The translations under genes were made by a program, and so were the position numbers. A stretch of 64,000 nt of DNA, taken from Cyanophora paradoxa CCMP329. Taxonomy: Eukaryota; Plantae; Glaucophyta. The notes under the pieces are model-generated. The model was not told where the DNA came from, ran no database searches, and saw nothing but the letters and a program-made list of their open reading frames with translations. Positions 18,936 through 30,483 of this stretch are shown here, piece by piece; positions within the stretch are counted from its first letter, which is position 1; the number at the start of each line of letters is the position of its first letter. The stretch spans positions 124,001 to 188,000 of the forward strand of contig QPMI01000015.1 of assembly GCA_004431415.1 (NCBI GenBank), in the 5' to 3' direction.

Positions 18936-21900
18936 ATGCCTGCCGACGACAAGCGCAAGCAGGCCCGTGCGGCCGTCAACCCGGCCGATGGCGCCACGCT
19001 GAGCGGTGCTCGTGGGCCCGCCCGCCGTGCCGCCGCAGCCGCTCACTATCAACGCGCGTGACGCAGTCAACGAGCGCATCCTCAAGAAGGTGAGGCGGGA
19101 TAGCTTGCGTGCGGGAGCCTTGGGGTGCCGAAGAACCTCCAGCCGGACGCAAACCACGCGCGCGCAAGGCCATATCGCGGAATTCGCTCTAGTAGTCATA
19201 TAGACATCTCTTCCCGTGCACGGCGGGTGCCCGCAGCCGCAATGCTGCCGCCTGCCGGAAGTGTTGCGCCGGACAAGCGACATCCGGCCTAGGGAACGGC
19301 TCCATCGCGCGAGCGCTCTCCTCTGAGTTGCTCACCGCTCGCATCGCGCGCAGGTCCACGAGGTTCGCGCGGACAGGGGTTTCGAGGTTGAATGTGCCGT
19401 TGCAGCGCGTCTGAGCTGACGCTCGCGACGGGCAGATCTACACCAAGAGCGAGAGCGGCGCTCTCAAGGAGATCGCGGACTCGCTTGATCTTCAGGCAAG
19501 CCGAGCCGACCTGGGCTCCGCCGGATCCGATCCTCTTCAAATCTGATCCGCCCGCAGCCGAAGATCCTCGCCCCGCGCAAGCGCATCTCCGTTCTGATCA
19601 TCGGTAACCACTCTGCCGGCAAGTCTTCGTTCATCAACTGGTGCGCGCGCTTTTCAACTTTTCTTTCTCTTGTGCTGCGCATACCATACCATCCCGGAGA
19701 ACCACAAGAGCGGCTCCCTTCGAAACTCCCCGCGGGCTGCTTGCGCAATCCGAATGACGTGTTTGCAATAGGTACTGCGGCGAGACCGTGCAGAAGACCG
19801 GCGTTGCCATCGAAACCGCCGGCGTGACCGTCATCCACAGGTCCATTACCGCGCCGCGCCACGCCCTTCCTTTTGTTCCCTTGTACTCACGAGTGCCGCA
19901 GCGGCAAGAAGCGCGAAACGTGGCGCGGCGAGGGTGCCTGCCCCCCTTTCCGTCTTCCCGGCGAGCCCCGCCCACGCCCCGCTCACTCTCCTCTCCCTCC
20001 TTCCCGCAGCGACTCTCAACTACTTTACGTGCGCCTTTCAAGCGGCATTCTCTTTTTTAGCGCGCGCCTGATGGCGGCGCGGCGGCGGCGCAGGCACCTC
20101 ACCCCCCTCCGCCAGTACCCCAACCTCATCCAGAACGTCGCGACCGGTACCCCTTCCCGTCCCTACCTTCCTCCGACTCCGACTCCGACTCCAACTCGCG
20201 CGCAGAGATCTCGGAGTCGAAGGAGCGGCTGTTCGGCCTGGTCGACTTCATCGACACGCCCGGGCTGGTGGACGGCAACCTCTCGTACCCCTTCGACGTC
20301 GACGAGGTCATCCTCTGGCTCGCCTCGGTCGTCGACCTCATCTTCGTCTTCTTGTGCGCCCCTCGCCCCTCGCCCCTCGTCGAACTAGAGAACATTAGAT
20401 CTCAACGAACTAGAGCCATAAAACAAGCAAACGACCTAAGACCGCTTAGACAGTCTTCGACCTGATCTTGGTCTTCTTGTGCGCCCCTCGCCCCTCGCCC
20501 CTCGCATCAGTTCCTCTTAAGATGCCGCGGACCGTTAAGACTCCCCGACCTACCATCCGAACTAGAGAACACAAGATCTCAAAGAGCTAACGCTAACAAG
20601 CAAACGAAAGCAAAACGACAGGCTCGCTCAGCGTTCACGAAAGCGCCCGCCCGCTCTCGTCTCACGTCTTCTGACGGCCGCCCCTTTCGCCCCTCTCTTT
20701 TCGCGCACAGCGACCCCATCGGCAAGTCCCTCACCTCTCGCACCATGAACATCGTCGAGCGCCTCAACGTGCGTTCGATCATTTGTCTCTCTCTTTGTTT
20801 GCTTCCGCTCCGTCTCTGGCGCCCGCCCGCCCGCCCCTGACATTCAGCCGCGCGCAGTCCGAGGAGAAGCTGCGCGACAAGATCAAGTACTACATGGTGC
20901 ACTCCTTCTCCTCCTCCTCCGTCTACATCGGCTTCGAGTCGCCGCCGTCGCCCCTGTCTCTCACCTCCTCGCCCCTCGCTCCGCGCCCCGCAGACGAAGG
21001 CGGACACGGTGCCGGACGCTGGGGACAGGCAGAAGGTCCTCATCCAGATCACCCAAAACCTCACGTCGCGCGTCCGCAACGCCCACGGTCCGTTCACGTC
21101 CTCTTCCTTCTTCTTCTTCTCTCTTCGCCTCGGCATAGCCTAGCCTGATCTTCGCCCCGCGCGCAGCGTTCGACCTGCCGACGATCTACATCCCCCAGAA
21201 GGACGAGCACGGGAACGAGCGGAAGAGCAACGTGACGAACAAGCTGCACGAGGTCGTCGAGGCCATCGAGCAGACCGTCAACCTCTCCGTCCAGGTGAGA
21301 AAAGAAGAGAAGAGGAGAGGAGAGGAAAGAATGTGGAGAAGAGAGCTGACCACCGCTCCGCAGTCCTCCCTCAACGTCCTCAAGCGCGACTGCGAACGCA
21401 GCCTCGAGGCCATCCAGGAGTACGCGATTTCTCGCTTCTGGGGGGTACGACGATACGGAGCTGAGGGGGGTACGGGCGCGCGCAGGATCGAGGAGCGGGA
21501 CGCGCGGCAGAACAGCGCGAACCTGTGGGCGCGCATGAAGGGCTTCGCGCTCCGCCTGGCGGCCCTCGCCCTGCCCGCCCTCCTCCTCCTCCACGTCGCC
21601 GCCGGCGTATCCCCCGACGCCTTCGCCCCCTTCCGCAGCGGCCGCCTCGGCGCGCCCCTGCCCAACCCCCGTCCCCGCCCCGCCCCCGCCTCGCTTACCC
21701 GTACCCCCCGCAGCCACGGCCTTCGCTGTCTCCGACTTCGTTCGCTCCCGTGCGTCCGCGGCCGTACCCCTCCTCTCTCCCCCCTGATCCCCCCCCCCCC
21801 CCCTCCAGAGGACGCGACCGTGCAGCAGTACATGGCGGCGGCCCTCGGCGTCGCGTTCCTGTTCCTCTACGGCGTCTCCTGGGTACCCATCCTCTCTTTC

Positions 21901-22238
21901 CTCCCCCCCCCCTCTTCCTCCCCGATCCCCCCTGACCTCGTGGGGGGTACAGTGGACGTGGCGGATCAAGCCGACCCTCTCGAAGAAGGACCTGCAGGCC
22001 CTGCGCCAGGCGCGTATCGACGTACCCCGCGCCTCTGCCCGCGCCCCCACCTCGCTGCTCACGCCGGCCGCAGAAGCGCACGACGGTGCAGGGGATCCTA
22101 AAGGTCCAGAGCGGTGCGCCCAGTCGCTTCCCGCCTTCCCCGTTGTCCCTGTACCCAAGCTAACGCTCATGTACCCCCGGGCACGCAGAGCTCTACAAGC
22201 TCTACTTCAAGCAGAGCGTGCAGCAGGAGTTCGAGTGA
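18936..22238 (+). CDS. EHD/dynamin-related P-loop GTPase with C-terminal TM segments
   Basis: MPADDKRK..VNERILKK|VHE|IYTKSESGALKEIA..RISVLIIGNHSAGKSSFINW (G1), TGVAIET (G2), FIDTPGLVDG (G3), DLIFVF.DPIG and KADTV..GDRQKVLIQITQNL. A hydrophobic C-terminal region follows and the gene ends ..SVQQEFE*. Confidence 0.85.
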
Positions 22239-23129
22239 GGGCGGTCCCGCCCACTGCGCGCGACGCATGCGCCCCCCACCAGCATTGTACATCAACGTAG
22301 CTTTTATCATAGTATACTGCGAGTGTTGATGTTACAGTGCATGCAGGTTCTAATGCTTACAAATGCACATGGATGTGTATGGCTAAAGACATCCGAACGG
22401 GTCGACGGTCAATCGATATCGATGCAGAGCTCGAGTACTGCAGCTGCAGCTGCGCGCGCGCGGTCGCGACGTCCGACGGTCGACCGATATATATATATAT
22501 ATATCGATATCGGCCGCGCGCGACCCGGTACCGGTGCACGTGACCGTACGCGTCGGACGTCGACGTTGACCGATATATACCGGCCGCGGCGCCGCGGCGC
22601 GTTTTTAGCGCTATAGCTAGCTACACATACGTATACGTAATATAGTTCTTTTAGCGAGCTAAATGCATATGTACGTAGTCAACTACGTACGCGCTAAGTG
22701 TAGCGGAGTCAATATCTATACCCCATTTCTTCGCGTACGCCTACCCCTTCTGTCGTTCATCAAAGGCAAGTTTAAGTTACGGTACGCCAAGGCGACCCGG
22801 GATGACCCGCTTGCCATAGGCGCTGTCGGTCTGCTAGACATGCGCATGCCTTACTGACTGCGCCCTCCACGCCGTCTTCTTTCGCATCACCGAGTACAGA
22901 ACCTCGCGGAACTTCTGTGCGTCCGACGGTCTCCTTTCGCTTGCGCCTCGTCCTTTTCATCGAGATTTTCTCGTGGGCTAGCGCTCAGCGCCTGGGCCAC
23001 CGGGCTCGCGCACCCTAGCCTGACTGAAGCCATAAACCATTGCCGCCGGGGCGGCCGACACGGCAAGCCTATGTGCTAGTTGCAATAAGCTTGTTAAAGC
23101 TAGTTGAACATGCGAGCTGATAGTTCGAC

Positions 23130-24617
23130 ATGCGAGCCTACGTACAGACCGCGTCGCACGTACCGCAATGCACGACCATAAACAATTGCACTCACTGGCA
23201 GCTGATCATAGAGCACGCCCCGCGCAGGTGGAGAATGCCCAGGCAGGATTTTGGCACCATCGCGGAAGCGTGGGGAAGGCTCGACCAGAAATGGGTCGAC
23301 ACACTGGGTAACGCGAGGGATCAAGCTCAGATCACATCGAACCCGGTCGCGGGGCGCGGGATCATGTCGTCGGACATCAGGGTCAAGGCCAACGTCGACC
23401 AGATCAAGGCGTTCGGGGCCAGTGCGCGGCGGCCGCGCGCGCGGCCGCACGCCGCGCGGCGCGCACTTGATGCCGACCCGGCCCCCGATCCGTCGCAGAT
23501 CTCGCCATAAGGCTCATGGGAAAGCACAAGGGGCTTAGCTGCACCCACTACCAAGGGGACCCGAGGCAGAAGACGGTGAGCTGCGAACGAAGCGCCTCGA
23601 GGCGCGGGCGCTGCGGCGCGTGTGACGCCGGCGGCGTGACGGAACCAGATCATGGTACCCATCCTCACAAGGAACGCATCAATCGGCGGCACGGTGGTGG
23701 AAATCAAGGATGGCAGGCTGCTGGAGATGGTAGCGGCGACGGGCCAGCAAGGCTCAACGAGTGGCGGCGACTCTCTTTATGCGTGCGCACGCTAGCTATA
23801 TATAGCCCGCCCGGTTGCCGCCCGGTCGCCGCGTCCCGAAGAACCGAATGCTGACCAACGGCGCAGGTGGAGCGAGGTAGGCCTTCGGACCCCTCCCTTC
23901 CCCCCCCCCCCCCCCCCCCCCACACACCCCCACCCCGCCCGCCCCCGCGGGCGCCCGGCCCTGCCGCCGGTGCACTCGGCACCTAGGCCTGCCGTCCTTA
24001 CTTGAGCCCCCGCCGGGCCGTGCAGAACCAGCTGGCGTGCTGCCCGGAGCTCTCGATCTACGCGGCGGCGCCGGAGGACGGCACAGCGTTCCCGAGCTGC
24101 CGCTACAACGAGAGCGCCTCCTCCGTCGGCCGCAAGGGCGACTACGTCAAGAACGGCGCGGGGCAGACCGTCCTCCAAGTCGACGGCGGCGTGCAGGTGA
24201 GAGCTGGGCCTGCTACGGCTATCTAACCCGGGTCCAGCTATCTAATCCCGCTTTAAATAACATACAAATACGGCTACTAGGGCTACCTATCATACAAATA
24301 AGCCGGGCCTCGCTCCCGCTTTGAATTGCGGACAACGACGGCTTTCCGACCCGAACCGGGCCGGGCCGCTCGCAGGCCTACAGCGCCGCCGACTTCGAAC
24401 TCGCGGAAGCCGACGCCGCAGCCGCCGACGGCGACGCCGACGCCGCCGTGAGTCACCGCCGCCGCCCCGCATCCCGTACCCCTCGCCTCGCCGACGTCGC
24501 CCCGGGCCCGCGCAGGCGGAGGGCGGCGCGGACGCCGCGGACGGCGCCTTCGGGGACGCGGGCGAGCACGCGGCCGGCTACCTGTCGGCCCAGGCCCCGG
24601 GCGAGCACCTCCTGTGA
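23130..24617 (+). CDS. Orphan multi-exon protein with a Cys-Cys motif and an acidic Ala-rich tail; start uncertain
   Basis: Coding-like exons WRMPRQDFGTIAEAWGRLDQKW.., IMVPILTRNASIGG.. and NQLACCPELSIY..GGVQ, ending ..AQAPGEHLL*, each bounded by splice signals. Confidence 0.45.
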
Positions 24618-25213
24618 GATTTCCAGACACCCCCTTCGAATTCCATAGCATGCCTCAGTGGAAGGATGTACACTGCTAGATCTGCTGCGAATTTGAACAC
24701 TCGACGACCACACTAGTTAGTACCCGCGGGGCGCGGGTGGGCGAGGATGGTGCCGAGGGCCCCCGCGAGGCGGACTGGTCCAGGGCCCCGCTCGGCCACT
24801 TCACCGCCTCCTCCGCCCCCCGCCCACCGCGGCGAAGGCCTGGCGCCCGCCGCGCCGGCGCCACGTGCACCGCGCGCGCCGCCGCCGCGCGCGCGCCGCC
24901 GCCGGCGCCGCCGCGCCGCGCGCTGCGCATGCCCGCCGCAGGCCGCGGCCGGGCGGATCGGAAGCCTAGGCCTGGCCATGGTGTTCTGGACGAGGCCTCA
25001 GCTGCAGCTGCAGGGCCTATATAGCTAGCTATGGCCTAGGGGGCCTACCGTAGTACCGTAGTACGTTAAACTTGAAACCGGTACCCGTGACTGGTGGAAA
25101 GAAGTTCCCGGGTACGTATACGTATAGTATACCGGATCCGAGTCCGAGCTCCGAGACAGCAGGCCTATTGCTAGGAATCTCGAAGCAGTTTCGAAAAGCT
25201 CTAGGCCTAGGCG

Positions 25214-26385
25214 ATGGGCAACTGCCAAGCGTCTAGTACAGATGCCGCAAGCACTGCATGCAAGTTCCGCGACGCGACGGCATGCGAAGGCCCCGTCATC
25301 CACAACATAGGTGAGATGAAGAACGATCTAGCGAACAAGCTTCAGTACGATTACATCATAAGCTATCGGGACGGTGCCACCGGTAATGTGCGTGCCTGGC
25401 CTCGAGCTAGCGCGGCGCTCCGAACTCGCCGGAGCCGCAGTCCAAGCCCGCTAATGCACTCGCAGTCCAAGGGAGAAACGGCTATACCGCCTTCGAAGGT
25501 CGCTTGCTGCCCTAAAGGTGCGCGCGCGTCGCACAACGCATATGCATCTGCGGAACATCTTGAGCTAGCGCTTCGACGGTCCGAAGTCGAACTGCGGGAT
25601 GCGTGCAGGGTCGAATGCGAAGTGGGCTTTCCTGGAAGCCGTGCAGAAGCCGGGCGACGTTGTGGAGCATCAGGTCTACTGCTGCAGCTCCGACCCTCCG
25701 CGGTACGTTCACGATTCGAACCCAACAAAGACCGACAACGACCCCACAAACGACAAGGACGGGGCCTTGAAAGAGTTCAACAGGACTTGCAGACGTGCGC
25801 ATGCGAGATCTAGATACCCCTAACCCCCCGCCCCCCCCCCCTCCCCTCCATCCCCCCCCACTCCTGCCTCGCCCCTCCTCTTCGCTCACAGCCGCGCCAG
25901 CGGCCCTGGATCGCTCCGCGAATCCGAGGGGCTACGCCGGGAAAGGGGAGCACATGACATGGCCGGCCTCGGCGACGGCGCGGTCGGCGCCCGTGGCCTC
26001 TGCGGCTCGCCTCCTCGACTCCTCAGAGATGATAGTCGCCTACGACGCGGGGGCGGGGGCGGGGGATCCGGAGGCCGACATTGGCGCCGGCACTGGCACC
26101 GCCCTGGAGGTCAGCGTACCCCTGGGCCTCTTCCCCTGCAGCCCCGGCCCCGCTGGCCTGCTTCCTGGAATGCTCTCCGCTGTCTTTCTTTAGTTCTAGA
26201 CTGGCATCCTGCCGGGCCCGGCCCGGGGCCGCGCTGACGCTCCGAGGCCGCAGGGCGGCTCCTGGTGGGAGGACGGGGCGCTGGCGGAGGCGCTCGGGGC
26301 GGGGGGCGACGCGGCGGGGGGGTACGCCCTCGCGGACGAGTCGGCCCTCGCCGACGCCGCCCGCCACGCCGCCCCGCTCCTGTAA
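25214..26385 (+). CDS. Orphan Cys-rich multi-exon protein with an acidic Ala-rich tail
   Basis: MGNCQASSTDAASTACKF..YRDGATGN|SKGETAIPPSKVACCPK|..QVYCCSSDPP..FNRTCR|...GGSWWEDG..RHAAPLL*. Confidence 0.45.
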
Positions 26386-27067
26386 AGCCTGATCATGAGA
26401 CTCTGAGAGCCCGCTGCAGACCCTTCGAATCCCCCGCAGCCGGATCGGATGTGATTATTATAATATTAATGTATGCAGAGTACATAGATACGGGTCCCGC
26501 AGGCCCAGGGGCATCGACGCCGGGGCCGGGTTCGAATTCAGCCGGGCCCGTGGGGGGGCCAGCACCAGCGCTAGCGCCAGCGCTAGCGCTGGATCGACAT
26601 CCGATCATCGGCCACCGGGCCCCCCGCCGCGGGCCCAGCCTCAACACCGTCCTCTAGATCAGCGCCGGCGCCTGGCTGCGAGCTGTGAGCGGAGGCTACG
26701 GAGGTCCCAATTCAGCTCTGATAAAGTCGGCCTGACAAAACGTGGGATCCGGAGCTCGCAGGCCGGGCTCGCTCCGCACGAGCCTCGAGCTCATACAGAG
26801 CCGCTCAGAGCGCGTGGATCAGAGACTGAGGACGGACTACCGGCCTTTGCAACCCCCCTCCCCCTCCCCTCCCCCCCCCTCCCCCTCCCCCCCCCCCCCC
26901 CCCCCCCTCCCACACCCTCCATGATGACACCCGCCGTTCCGCTCGAGTCGACAGGGGAGCTCGACCCGAGGCTGAGCCCGGCCGCGCGCGCTGAGCGCGA
27001 ATTGAAGCTGCGAACTCAAATCGGCAAACACGCTCATGATCAGGCCGGGCGAACTGCCATTCGAGCT

Positions 27068-30000
27068 CTACGGGGGCAGGGGGGTCGCGGGGGTCGCGGG
27101 CCGCGAGTGGGCGAGGATGGTGCCGAGGGCCCCCGCGAGGCGGTCCAGGGCCCCACTCAGCCGCTCCACCGCCTCCTCCGCCCCCCCGCCCACAGCCGCC
27201 ACGGCCCCCTCCTCCTCCTCCAGCGCCAGGGCTCCCTCCGCCCCCTCATCCTCCTCCCCGAAGGCCCCCTCGAGCTCCAGCGCGCGCCGCGCGTGCCAGC
27301 CCCGCGCCGCCGCCTGCAGCGCGACGGCGGCGCCCTCCTCGCGCGCCCGCCGCCGCTCCGCGATCGCGAGCTCGATCGCGAGCTCCCGCGGCGAGGCGGC
27401 CGCCGCCGAAGCCGAAGTCAAAGTCTGAGGGGCCGTCGCCGGGCGGCCGGAGTAGGGCGTCGTGGCCGTGGGCGGCGGCGGCGGAGCGGGGCGGCGGGGC
27501 AGGAGGCGCCGGGGCGCCATGAGCTCCCGCCCGAGGGCCGCCGACGCAAGGGACCGAACCACGAACCGCCGCCACGCCGCCCCGATCGCCGTCACCGCCG
27601 CCGACGAGGACGAGGAGGAGGAGGAGGAGGCGGCTGCCGCGGGCCCCGCGGGCTGGACGCCCCCCCTTCCTCCCAGGCTCGCCCTCCGGGGCCCGGGCGC
27701 AGTGGGCGGAGTCGCCGGGGGCGCGGGTAGGGCGCGCGGCGCGGCGGGCCGCTCTACGGAAGACGGCTGCGGCTGCTGAGGCGCCGGCGGGCGCCCGAAC
27801 AGGGGCGCGTAGTGCATCTGGGAGCGCTCGGGCGGCCGCGGGACGTAGAGGAACGTGTTGGGGTGCCCGTGCCCGGGCCCTGGCTGCCGGCCCGGCGTCC
27901 CGGCTGCACCGGGGCCGGCGGCTGCGCCGGGGCCGGGGAGTCCCGCGGGGCTTCGGGAGGGGAGGGGAGGCCCGCGGGCTGTGGGGCGCGGCGCGCGGCG
28001 GCGGGTCCGGCCGGCCGGGCGCCGGCGGGGCGGCGCCGGCGACAGGGGCGCGGAGAAGGGCACCGCGAGGGCGACGGGGCGAGCGAGGTGCGGGGCTCAC
28101 GCTGGCCCGGGGCGGGAGGGGCGCGGGAGGGCGGCGCGGGGCTGGCGGACTCGTACAGCGGCGCGGGGGGCGCCGCCGCACGCTTCGGCGTGGGCGCCGC
28201 CGGCCGCGCCGGCAGGTCCGGGGCGGGCGCGGGCGAGGCGGAGAGGAACGAGCCGATGCCAAAGCGGGGGGAGGGGACGAGGAGGGGGACGGGGAGGGGT
28301 ACTCGGACGTGGAGTACGGGAGAAGGGGACCGCGGGGGGAGGAGGGCGCGGGTCCGCCGGGCAGGTCGATGGAGGGCTGCCGCCCGCGGCCGCGGGGCAC
28401 GCGCTGCGCCGCGCTCGGCGAGAGCGGCCCCGCGCCCCACGCCGTCGGCGGCGCCGTCCCAGGGCGCTCGGCCGGCGGCGTGGAGGGCACGGCGGGCGGA
28501 GTCGGGGCCGAGGCGGCGGGGAGGGGGGGAACGAGTCGGCGGGGGCGGCCGAGGAGCGGGGGAGGGTACGTGAACGCCGTACGCTGCGGCGTGGGGCCCG
28601 GCGCCGCGGCCCCGCGGGGCCGGGAGCGGCGCGGCGTGCGGCGGGGGCCCTGCGGGGCGTGCAGCTGGGGCCCGGGCGACCCTCCGAGGGCGGCCGCGGC
28701 CGGTCGAGCTGCGGCAGCGGCTGCGGCGTCGGGAAGCCGTTCACGGATCCGCCGCCGCCGCCGCCGCTGCCGTTGGGGGGGGGCCCGTACGGATCGGGAG
28801 CATACTCGGCCGCGGTGACCCAGCCTCCCCCGCCCCCGCCTCCTCCTCCTCGCCTTCCGCCCCCGGCGGCGGCGGCGGGGGCGGTGGCGGGCGCATGCCC
28901 CGTCCTGGCCCAGTGCCTGGGCCACGGGACGCCCTTCATCGGCCCACGGGGCGTCGTCGTCGACGCCTTCGAGGACGTCGAGGAGTGGGAGCGCTGGGAA
29001 GGGGACGGCCGCGGGGCGGCGCCGGCGGCGGGGCGGGGCGGGGCGGGGCCGCCGGAGGAGGCTGCGCGGCGCAGGACGAGCGTGAAGGGGTGCGCCTCGC
29101 CCAGGGCCGTGGCGGCCACGCGCAGCGCCCGGCGGCGGTAGGCCGCGCCCGTCTCGCCCCGCGCGCCTGCGGGGCCGGCCCGGCGTCGGCGGGGCGGGGG
29201 GGGAAGAAGAGAGAAGGAGGGAGGAAGGGGGGGTACCGGTCGCGCTGGCGATGACGTCCTTCTCCTGCGCGGCGTTGTGCAGCGCGAGCGCCAGAGACAC
29301 GGCGACGCCCGTCCCCGGCCCCTCGTCCTCCTCGTCCTCCTCGTCTTCCTCGTCTTCCTCCTCCGCGCGCCGCCGGGAGCGGACGGCGGCCGCCGCCCTG
29401 GACTCGTCCTGCATGTCCGAGAGCTGGGCGATCGCGTGCTGGCAGTGGCTCAGGGCCTCTACGTGCCGTCCCGAAGCCGAGGCCGCCGCCGCTGCGGGGG
29501 CATCAGAGTGGCGGCGGCGGGCGGGCTGCTGGGACGCGGCGGACCGAGGTTCAGGTGCGTCCAGGGCACGACGGTGATCAGCTTGAAGCGCTTTTGCAGC
29601 GCCAGGGCGCGCCGCGCGATCTCGGTGGCAGCGGCCAGCTTCCCTCGGCTGCGCGGGCGGGCGTTACGGGGCCGGGCCGGGCGGGGCGGGGTGGGGCGCG
29701 CGCGCAGGGCGGACATTCTGTAGAAAGTGGAGAGCTGGTTCTGCGTCAGGCTGAGGACGGGGCTGACGGAGGCGACCGAGCAGGCGGCCGTCTCGCAGAC
29801 GGTCTCGGCGAGCAGCAGGAGCCGCAGCGCGTCCTCGAGGTAGTCAGGCGAGCGCATGAGGATGTCCGCGCGGTAATTCAGCGCCAGTACGATCTTCTTC
29901 ACCGCGTCCACGTCGGTCAGCGGGTCCTGCAGCTGCTTCTCGAGCTCCCAAATCGGCGGCTGCCCGCCAAGTCAGCAAGGTGCGGGGATCCGTGCGCGCG

Positions 30001-30133
30001 CTCGCCATTGCAAGACGCTGCGTTGGCTACTCACCTCGGCCGGATTGGAATCGCGCAGCTGGCGCATCAGGCCGCTGGCGGCGGGGCCGCACATTTGGGC
30101 CGTCAGCGAGATCAGCTCCATCGACGCCGACAT
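27068..30133 (-). CDS. TPR-repeat protein with a long Pro-rich region and a C-terminal IQ motif
   Basis: Helical TPR-like segments LEDALRLLLLAE, LSLTQNQLSTFYR|GKLAAA...RRALAL, THLNL, LALALHNAAQE and RRALRVAATALGEAHP. IQ motif AAVALQAAARGWHARRAL at ~27285-27335. Confidence 0.7.
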
Positions 30134-30483
30134 GGCAGTTGAAGCTGTCCTGTAAATATAACGACAGCTGCGGTGCTCTGCCTAACGTGTGCCGGGCCGG
30201 GCGGCCCGTCCGGCGAAACCCCCACGTTAAGGCGCCGGGCTCCGGCTATGACGCGAAGGGTTCAAGCTGCCACGTTTGCAATCGCTTTGGGCGTCGCAGC
30301 TAGCCGGCTTGAGCAGCTTGCGATGGAGTTGAGGGGTACGACTCAAGTGGGCAAATTGGTCCGACCCCGCACACAGGGTCCGAGGGCATTACTAGCGCAC
30401 AGCGGCCTTCAGCGCAGTTTGCGTCAACTACGAGCAGCCAGCCAGGCGCCTCGGCGGCCCGGCGTGGCCTGCAGCGGGCAGCC

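Noticed and set aside
18800-19283. Extending the minus-strand HIYFFYRPK gene up to ~19199
   Set aside because: This interval holds the plus-strand first exons of the GTPase (ATG 18936, NERILKK).
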